Shown here: one piece after another, positions 57,861 to 64,000 of the stretch
How positions within the stretch are numbered: the stretch's first letter is position 1
How the letters are laid out: every line of letters begins with the position of its first letter
Source of the DNA: an uncultured Bacillales bacterium
Lineage (GTDB): Bacteria > Bacillota_I > Bacilli_A > RFN20 > CAG-826
Length of the DNA stretch: 64,000 bases
Direction: 5' to 3'
Assembly: GCA_937902735.1 (NCBI GenBank)
Contig: CALELS010000015.1
Location: forward strand, 154,744-218,743
Made by a program: the position numbers and the translations under genes
The notes under the pieces: generated by a model
The model's input: only the letters and a program-made list of their open reading frames with translations
Databases searched by the model: none
Told to the model about the DNA's origin: nothing

Positions 57861-58727
57861 ATGAATAATTACACAGTCGCTATTTCTTCTTTCTTACGTT
57901 TTAACGTAGTGGTTTTAAATACCTTAGAATACGTTATGAAAAAAGATGCCTATGATGTCAAGGCATATAACGCTAGAAAAGAAATCTTAAATAACGAAAT
58001 TACCAACAACACACCACTTAAAAATTGTTGTGAAAACAGTGGTGAAGCTGGTCAAAAACTCGTTAAAGCTATCAAAGATTTGATTGAACTTGCCTACTCA
58101 CCAGCATCCACAATTGTTAAAGTTGCAGGAGATGGTAATGAATTACGTATCGATCATGCTCAACACCTCGCTTTATTTGAAGCTGTCTTACCAGTTTATG
58201 ATGAAATCAGAAACGTCATAAACGCTCATATTCAAGCAGCTCGCAAAGAAAACAAATATGATGATCAATTATTAGACAAGGCACTTCATGAGACAGAATA
58301 TTTCTATCGTGGACTTGTTAATATGCTTTTACTTGATGAGCTTGATCATTTATTTGCTGAATATAATAAAGCACGTCAAGAAGCAAAAGGTGGAATTACT
58401 CCACAATCTAACTTCATCCAAAACGATATCCAAAAAGTTGTTACCTTAATTAATCGTTCACGTCAAACATGTCCAATTATTACTACAGATTATTATGAAA
58501 TGATTGACCCATTATTTGCTTTGATGGAAATGACAAGTGGACGCCGTGAACTCCCAAGTGGCTCCAATTTTGGTGAACAATTCACTAAAGTGAAAAAGAT
58601 TGTTAGAGAAAAGACACAAAAATGGGAAACTGCATGGAAGCCGACTTACGATGCATTTATCAAAGGATTTGATGAACAAATTCGTGAAATGCAAAAGAAT
58701 GCTCCAAAAGCAGAACCAGAAGCTTAA
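57861..58727 (+). CDS. Hypothetical cytoplasmic protein (possibly starting at the internal ATG near 57936)
   Basis: 288-aa ORF with good coding bias and no recognisable domain. Confidence 0.45.
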   Translation: MNNYTVAISSFLRFNVVVLNTLEYVMKKDAYDVKAYNARKEILNNEITNNTPLKNCCENSGEAGQKLVKAIKDLIELAYSPASTIVKVAGDGNELRIDHAQHLALFEAVLPVYDEIRNVINAHIQAARKENKYDDQLLDKALHETEYFYRGLVNMLLLDELDHLFAEYNKARQEAKGGITPQSNFIQNDIQKVVTLINRSRQTCPIITTDYYEMIDPLFALMEMTSGRRELPSGSNFGEQFTKVKKIVREKTQKWETAWKPTYDAFIKGFDEQIREMQKNAPKAEPEA

Positions 58728-58746
58728 TAGAAATCAGGATTAGATT

Positions 58747-59136
58747 ATGAGAAAAAGTAAAGGAAATACGAAACGCATCCATGTTGCTGAATTAATTTTA
58801 TATATTGTTTCAGCCGTTGCTTTAGTTGTTGGTTTAACATCCCTTACCTTTGGTATTGTTGGGCATCATATCAATGTTCCACTTGAAGATAATTGGATTA
58901 TTAAAGCCGAAACTAGCATTGTTTTAGATTTTAGAATTTGGGGAATTATCATTATTTCTAGTGCAGCACTTGTAAGCGTTGTTACTTTAGTAGCATTTGC
59001 TAGTGGCGCTGATAGACAATACGAAAAATCACTTCGTCGTCAACAAAGACTTTCAAGTTCTGCTATTAACGAAATGGAAATTAAACCTGCTGTTGAAACC
59101 ATCGAAGTCGAATCTAATCCAGTTAAAAACGAATAA
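58747..59136 (+). CDS. Hypothetical small membrane protein (2 TM)
   Basis: Two hydrophobic helices, charged termini; follows the previous ORF by 19 nt. Confidence 0.45.
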   Translation: MRKSKGNTKRIHVAELILYIVSAVALVVGLTSLTFGIVGHHINVPLEDNWIIKAETSIVLDFRIWGIIIISSAALVSVVTLVAFASGADRQYEKSLRRQQRLSSSAINEMEIKPAVETIEVESNPVKNE

Positions 59137-59165
59137 AGATTTATTAAACGATATTTACGATCTAG

Positions 59166-59200
59166 TTATCTAGGTCGTTTTTATTTACTTTTTTAATTTT
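59166..59200 (+). terminator. Intrinsic terminator ACGATCTAG-TTAT-CTAGGTCGT plus T-run
   Basis: 9-bp stem (one G-U) followed by TTTTTATTT. Confidence 0.6.
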
Positions 59201-59249
59201 ATTATTAAAATATAGTTAAACTAATGCGATAGAGAAAAACTATTGATTT

Positions 59250-59432
59250 CTATATAGAGAATCTAGGATGGTGGAAGCTAGATTAGAATAAATAGATAAT
59301 ATGGACTATCAAAGGCGAGGCGAATTAAGTAGCTGAGACGTTACTCGCGTTAAGAGTTAAAGTGCGTATCGATTGATACGAAATAAGGTGGCACCACGGT
59401 AATTCGTCCTTATACGGACGTTTTTTATTTAA
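59250..59432 (+). promoter_or_regulatory. T-box riboswitch leader (tRNA-Trp responsive) with terminator, upstream of trpS
   Basis: T-box sequence AATAAGGTGGCACCACGG at 59382-59399; terminator CGTCC-TTATA-CGGACG plus T6; candidate UGG specifier triplets in the stem I region. Confidence 0.7.
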
Positions 59433-59447
59433 ATGGAGGAAACGAAA

Positions 59448-60443
59448 ATGGAACAAAAACAAAAAGTAATGCTTAGTGGCATTAAACCAACAGGGAAACT
59501 TACTCTTGGTAATTATATTGGTGCGATAAAACAATTTGTCACATATCAAGATGATTATAAGATGTATGTTTTTATTGCTGATTTACATTCTTTAACTTTG
59601 CCAATTGATCCAAATGAATTAAGAGAAAATACGAGAGACTTAATTGCTATTTATTTAGCAGCAGGCATTGATCCTAACAAAGTTGTTTTGTTTAAACAAA
59701 GTGATGTTCCTCCACACGCTGAACTAGGTTATGTCATGGCTTGTAATTCAAACATGGGAGAACTAAAAAGAATGACCCAGTTCAAAGATAAAACTGCCAA
59801 ATTAAAAGAAAATGACCATATTCCAACAGGAATCTATATTTATCCAACATTAATGGCAGCAGATATTCTTCTTTATGATGCTGATTATGTTCCAGTTGGA
59901 ATTGACCAAAAACAACATGTTGAATTAACTCGCGATTTAGCTATTAGATTTAACCATGCCTATGGTGATACATTTAAAATTCCTGAGCCAGTCGTTGCAA
60001 GAAGCGGAGCAAAGATAAATTCTTTAAGTGATCCAACTAAAAAGATGTCTAAATCCGAGTCTGATAAAGGAACAATTTATTTATTAGAAGATTTAGCAAT
60101 TACAAGAAAGAAAATTATGTCTGCTGTAACAGATATGGAAAATAGAGTCATCTTTAATCTTGAAAAACAACCTGGCATTGCAAATCTTTTAACAATTATG
60201 TCTTCTATTACTGGAAGAGATATAAACGAAATTGCAAAAGAATATGAGAATGGTGGATATGGTAATTTCAAGCGTGCTGTTGCGGATGTTGTTTGTGAAG
60301 AATTAGAAAAACTTCAAGCAAGAGTTAATGAGATTAAATCCAGTGGCAAAATTGAAAAGATTTTAGAAAAAGGAGCGATTTCTGCTATGGAAATTGCTTC
60401 CAAGAAGCTTGATGAAGTATATAAGAAAGTTGGTATTAGATAA
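59448..60443 (+). CDS. trpS: Tryptophanyl-tRNA synthetase
   Basis: Start at second ATG 59448 (the first ATG overlaps the GGAGG SD); class I motifs, KMSKS variant KKMSKS; 331 aa. Confidence 0.9.
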   Translation: MEQKQKVMLSGIKPTGKLTLGNYIGAIKQFVTYQDDYKMYVFIADLHSLTLPIDPNELRENTRDLIAIYLAAGIDPNKVVLFKQSDVPPHAELGYVMACNSNMGELKRMTQFKDKTAKLKENDHIPTGIYIYPTLMAADILLYDADYVPVGIDQKQHVELTRDLAIRFNHAYGDTFKIPEPVVARSGAKINSLSDPTKKMSKSESDKGTIYLLEDLAITRKKIMSAVTDMENRVIFNLEKQPGIANLLTIMSSITGRDINEIAKEYENGGYGNFKRAVADVVCEELEKLQARVNEIKSSGKIEKILEKGAISAMEIASKKLDEVYKKVGIR

Positions 60444-61015
60444 TGAAAAAGATTCTATACATTGATGCTTGTATTAGAGATGAATCTCGTACAAGAGAAT
60501 TAGCTGACTATTTAGTTTCAAAACTCCATGGAGAAGTAACTAGATTAGAATTATCAAAGCTCAATTTGAAACCTTTAACTAAAGAAGAACTGGATTTAAG
60601 AACCAAGTTACTTGAAAAAGGTGATTATTCTCATCCAATGTTTGACGAAGCAAAAAGATTTAAGGATGCTGACTTAATTGTTCTTGCCACTCCTTATTAT
60701 GATTTTTCATTTTCTTCTTTAGTAAAAGTCTATATCGAACATATTAACTGCAACGGAATTACTTTCGGTTTTACTGAAAAGGGTGAATATATTAAGCATT
60801 GTAAAGCAAACACTTTATTTTATATAACAACAAGCGGTGGCGAACTTCTTGCTGACTATGGTTTTAATTATATTAAAGCTCTAAATGAAGTGTTCTATGG
60901 AATTAAGAATACTCACTTAATTGCAGCTGAAAATTTAGATATTGTTGGAGTTGATGTTAGTTATCAAGTTAACGAAGCAAAATTAGACATTGATTTCATG
61001 TTAGAAAATATTTAA
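60443..61015 (+). CDS. Flavodoxin-like fold NAD(P)H-dependent FMN oxidoreductase (azoreductase/ACP phosphodiesterase family)
   Basis: MKKILYIDAC ... ADLIVLATPYYDFSFSSLVKVYIEH pattern of the Flavodoxin_2/AzoR family. Confidence 0.5.
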   Translation: MKKILYIDACIRDESRTRELADYLVSKLHGEVTRLELSKLNLKPLTKEELDLRTKLLEKGDYSHPMFDEAKRFKDADLIVLATPYYDFSFSSLVKVYIEHINCNGITFGFTEKGEYIKHCKANTLFYITTSGGELLADYGFNYIKALNEVFYGIKNTHLIAAENLDIVGVDVSYQVNEAKLDIDFMLENI

Positions 61016-61016
61016 A

Positions 61017-61040
61017 AAGACACACGAAGTGTCTTATTAA
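61017..61040. terminator. Bidirectional terminator AAGACAC-acgaa-GTGTCTT
   Basis: Perfect 7-bp hairpin between convergent features. Confidence 0.55.
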
Positions 61041-61046
61041 TCATAG

Positions 61047-61135
61047 TGGCGGAAGATAAGAGATTTGAACTCTTGCGCCCCTTTCGGAACCTATGAGCTT
61101 TCCAAGCCCACCCCTTCAGCCTCTTGGGTAATCTT
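61047..61135 (-). tRNA. tRNA-Ser (anticodon GGA), long variable arm
   Basis: GGAAGATTACCCAAGAGGCTGAAGGG ... anticodon loop UUGGAAA, variable arm TAGGTTCCGAAAGGGGCGC, discriminator G73, CCA encoded. Confidence 0.8.
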
Positions 61136-61199
61136 CCGGCTGCGAATTATTATATGTTTTCTTTTACTTAAAAACAACAAACATTTAAACTTAAATATT

Positions 61200-62165
61200 A
61201 TGAAAGAAATTATTATTTCTAGACTCGACGAAAATCAAAGAATTGATAAATACGTTAGAAAGTATCTTAGTGATGCTCCTTTAAGTTTTATTTATAAATT
61301 ATTTAGAAAAAAGGATGTCAAGATTAACGGACATTGGGTTAAAGAAAACTATATTGTTAAAGCTGGTGAAACATTAACTATTTATGTTACAGATGAACAA
61401 TTAAAAGAATTTGTAAAGGAAAAAGAAGTTAATAAGAAGCCATTATCTTTTCCAATTGTTTATGAAGATGAGAATATTCTTATTGTAAATAAACCACGTG
61501 GAATTTTAGTTCACGGAGATAATAAAGAAAAAAGATTAACTCTCTCAAATGAAGTGTTGAATTATCTTTACTATAAAGGTGAATTTGATCCAAAGATTAA
61601 TAATGGGTTCACACCTGCTCCTGCTCATAGACTAGATAGAAATACATCTGGTTTAGTTTTATTTGGAAAAAATCTTAAATCCCTCCAACAACTTGAGGAA
61701 ATGTTTAAAGAAAAAAAAGATATTGAAAAGCATTATTATGCTTTGGTCAAAGGAAAAGTTGATGGAATATTAGAAATTGATGCCCCTCTTAAAAAGGATC
61801 CTAATAGTGGTCTTGTAAAAGTTGCCTCTTTAAAAGAAGGTGGTTTAGAAGCTAAATCGATTGTTAAACCTGTTAAGTTATATAAAGCCTTCTCATTAGT
61901 TGATGTTAATCTTGTTACTGGTAGAACTCATCAAATAAGAGTTCATCTTTCTTATGAGGGTTTTCCTATCATTGGCGATTCAAAATATGGTGATTTTTCT
62001 CTTAATAAAGAATTTAAAAATAAATACGGTTTTGAGAACCAATTCTTACATGCGTATTCGATAAAATTTAAAAAAATAGAAGGAATTCTTTCCTATCTAT
62101 CTAATAAGAATTTCACGTCAGAACTCCCTTTAAATATGAAAAAAGTTCTCGAAGAACTTAATTAA
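61200..62165 (+). CDS. rluD: RluA/RluD-family 23S rRNA pseudouridine synthase with S4 domain
   Basis: Start at ATG 61200 (the track ORF began inside tRNA-Ser); S4 domain RLDKYVRKYL; catalytic HRLDRNTSGLVLF motif. Confidence 0.8.
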   Translation: MKEIIISRLDENQRIDKYVRKYLSDAPLSFIYKLFRKKDVKINGHWVKENYIVKAGETLTIYVTDEQLKEFVKEKEVNKKPLSFPIVYEDENILIVNKPRGILVHGDNKEKRLTLSNEVLNYLYYKGEFDPKINNGFTPAPAHRLDRNTSGLVLFGKNLKSLQQLEEMFKEKKDIEKHYYALVKGKVDGILEIDAPLKKDPNSGLVKVASLKEGGLEAKSIVKPVKLYKAFSLVDVNLVTGRTHQIRVHLSYEGFPIIGDSKYGDFSLNKEFKNKYGFENQFLHAYSIKFKKIEGILSYLSNKNFTSELPLNMKKVLEELN

Positions 62166-62986
62166 TTATTTAAATACTTACCTTCTAAAATATCTTTTAA
62201 AGTGTAATATATACCGTCTTCTTCATTGGTATATTTTGTTACAATATCTGCTTTTAATCTAAATGATTCTTTACCATTTAACATGGCAACTCCATAACCA
62301 GCTTGTTTAAGCATCTCTAAATCATTTTCAGCATCTCCAAAAACAATAATGTGTTCTTTTGGGATGTTGTAGTATTTAGCAATACGCTTTACACACGCTC
62401 CTTTAGTTGCACTCTTATAAAATAGTTCAAAATATGGAGAGCCAGTCCAATATCTTAAAGATAAATCATCATCTTCTTTAAAATTATTAAGAATATTTTT
62501 CTTGTCATCTTTTGTAATGTTTTCTTTTAATTTAGCAATGCATGTCATTGGATCATCATTCAAAATATCTTTTAATTCTCCAACATTCATCTTCATACCT
62601 TTATAAAAGAAGAAAGTATTTAAGTATGCATCTTCCTTATCAATGTATACATCATTTTCAGTTTCACACATTACATTATCAATATAAGGTTTTAGTGTAT
62701 TTAATATTTCAATTACTTTTTCTTTAGGGAAAGAATAGAGATGTGATGGGAAATTTGCATCATTTGGATCATAAACATATGCTCCGTTATAGCAAATTAG
62801 AGGACTACTTAAATTTAATTCATTGTAATAAGGAAGAAGAGTTCTTGATGGTCTTCCACTTGCAAGGACAATAATGTGGCCTTCTTTTGTGAGTTCTTTA
62901 AGATAATCTCGCGTTTTCAAAGTAATCTTCTTTTCTTTATTAAGAAGAGTGCCATCCATGTCTAACGCTATAAGGTATCGTTCCAT
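62162..62986 (-). CDS. Cof-type HAD-IIB phosphatase
   Basis: LIALDMDGTLL motif I and GDAENDLEM motif IV. Confidence 0.75.
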   Translation of the reverse strand: MERYLIALDMDGTLLNKEKKITLKTRDYLKELTKEGHIIVLASGRPSRTLLPYYNELNLSSPLICYNGAYVYDPNDANFPSHLYSFPKEKVIEILNTLKPYIDNVMCETENDVYIDKEDAYLNTFFFYKGMKMNVGELKDILNDDPMTCIAKLKENITKDDKKNILNNFKEDDDLSLRYWTGSPYFELFYKSATKGACVKRIAKYYNIPKEHIIVFGDAENDLEMLKQAGYGVAMLNGKESFRLKADIVTKYTNEEDGIYYTLKDILEGKYLNN

Positions 62987-63051
62987 CTTTTAAATTATAT
63001 ATTAATTTATTGATTGTTGAGTTAAAAAATACAATTTATAATAATTATCGT

Positions 63052-63474
63052 ATGATTACGATTTATACATCACCATCTTGTTCTAGTTGTAGAAAAGTAA
63101 AAAAGTGGTTCGAAGAACAAAATATCCCATTCCGTGAAAAGAATATTTTTGCATCTAAATTAACCGAAGAAGAACTCAAAGATATGTTAATTAAGGCCGA
63201 AAACGGCACTGATGACATTGTTTCAAATCGTTCTAAAATCATTAAAGAACAACACGTAGATATTGAATCAATGAAAATATCTGAACTTGTTCAGTTCATT
63301 CGTGAAAATCCTTCAGTTTTAAAACGACCAATCATGCTAGATGATCGACGCATGCAAGTTGGATACAATTCAGAAGAAATTAGGACATTTATACCTCGCG
63401 CGAGAAGAATTGCTGAACTTGCATGTCCAAACCTAGATTGTTGTGATGATAATTGTGATGCAGAGACTAAATAA
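63052..63474 (+). CDS. spx: Spx/ArsC-family redox-sensing transcriptional regulator with Cys-rich C-terminal extension
   Basis: MITIYTSPSCSSCRKVKKWFEEQNIPF CxxC motif typical of Spx; start at ATG 63052; tail CPNLDCCDDNCD. Confidence 0.75.
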   Translation: MITIYTSPSCSSCRKVKKWFEEQNIPFREKNIFASKLTEEELKDMLIKAENGTDDIVSNRSKIIKEQHVDIESMKISELVQFIRENPSVLKRPIMLDDRRMQVGYNSEEIRTFIPRARRIAELACPNLDCCDDNCDAETK

Positions 63475-64000
63475 GTTTCTCTTTCACTCTTTTTAATTTA
63501 GATTTTGTGTTCCTTAGGTAAGGAACACTTTCTTTTTCTAAGAACTCTTTTAAATATTTTGTTGCCGTTTCCATTGATGAAGATTCACATTCAATTTCAT
63601 AATCGGTAGTGCCCAAATAATCGCTTTTATCGATACTTAAAAGGTAATCATCTCCTTTAATATCGAATCTAATAGTTTTTAAGATGGCAAAAACTTTTAA
63701 ATGATTTATGTTGGCGAGTTTATTTTTATTTATCTCACTAATTACCTCGCCATCAGGTAATTTTCCTTCTTTTAAAAAATGAGATAAATCTTGTTCACTT
63801 AATTGTTGATTGATTTCGAGTTTACCCTCATCTAAATCAATCTTTAAAGTAAATTCACCTTTCCCCTTTTTAATTCTAATTCTAAGAGCTAATCTTGAGT
63901 CTTTTAAAGAAACTGATTCATCATAAAATAAGTAATTTGTTTGACTATATGGGGGATATTTGGTCGAATACTTAGAATATAAACGATTATAATCAGACTC
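63468..64000 (-). CDS. CYTH-domain (triphosphate tunnel metalloenzyme, YjbK-like) protein, 5'-truncated by window edge
   Basis: Minus-strand translation by hand: ...RLALRIRIKKGKGEFTLKIDLDEGKLEINQQ... (CYTH beta-barrel pattern). Stop codon TAG at 63468-63470 overlaps the spx 3' end by 7 nt; not in the supplied ORF track. Confidence 0.45.

Noticed and set aside
61065-61199. N-terminal 45 codons of the track's rluD ORF
   Set aside because: The extension runs through tRNA-Ser(GGA) on the opposite strand and a terminator hairpin; the real start is ATG 61200

Overview
This 64-kb window is low-GC (~30%) Firmicutes/Mollicutes-type chromosome. Its content points to a wall-less, Bacillus-related lineage (Acholeplasma- or Erysipelotrichia-like) that uses the standard genetic code: long ORFs are uninterrupted, so UGA is not read as Trp. 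Almost all of it is core housekeeping DNA that keeps striking Bacillus micro-synteny, with none of the Bacillus PBP genes in the intervening positions (for example recU is followed by nth rather than ponA, and rny follows recA directly).

Main blocks, in order:
- mntP
- a divergent pair of large lipoproteins facing sufCDSUB
- mnmG-rsmG
- an FMN riboswitch controlling an ECF riboflavin S-component (ribU)
- cmk-der-hup
- a truncated CCA/PAP-family nucleotidyltransferase head domain, then dnaD-nth
- recU with a DEDDh exonuclease
- gpsB-rnpB
- pgsA-cinA-recA-rny-ymdB-miaB-ymcA-miaA-tcdA-fhs
- two MacB/FtsX-type fused ABC ATPase-permeases
- csp-ychF-ispF-argS-rpoE(delta)-nrnA-IMPase-5'-nucleotidase lipoprotein
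- two minus-strand tRNA clusters (Lys-Leu-Gln and Val-Tyr-Gln)
- pgi, an S1 protein, ispD and a HAD-IB hydrolase in one operon
- lemA, tRNA-Leu(GAG), mgtE
- pduL with a TSCPD protein
- a SAM riboswitch upstream of metK
- hpf, a T-box leader upstream of trpS, an azoreductase-like flavoprotein, tRNA-Ser, rluD, spx, and a partial CYTH (yjbK-like) gene

No mobile elements, CRISPR arrays or phage genes were seen. The most unusual signals are:
- a ~55-nt element repeated in the 5' regions of recA and the ABC transporter operon
- a minimal 202-aa CCA-family nucleotidyltransferase
- a minimal SufD
- an unannotated minus-strand ferredoxin missed by the ORF track
- rnpB wedged exactly between gpsB and pgsA
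- operator-like palindromes and hexamer repeats in several divergent promoter regions

Every product call rests on motif recognition by eye; no searches were run.
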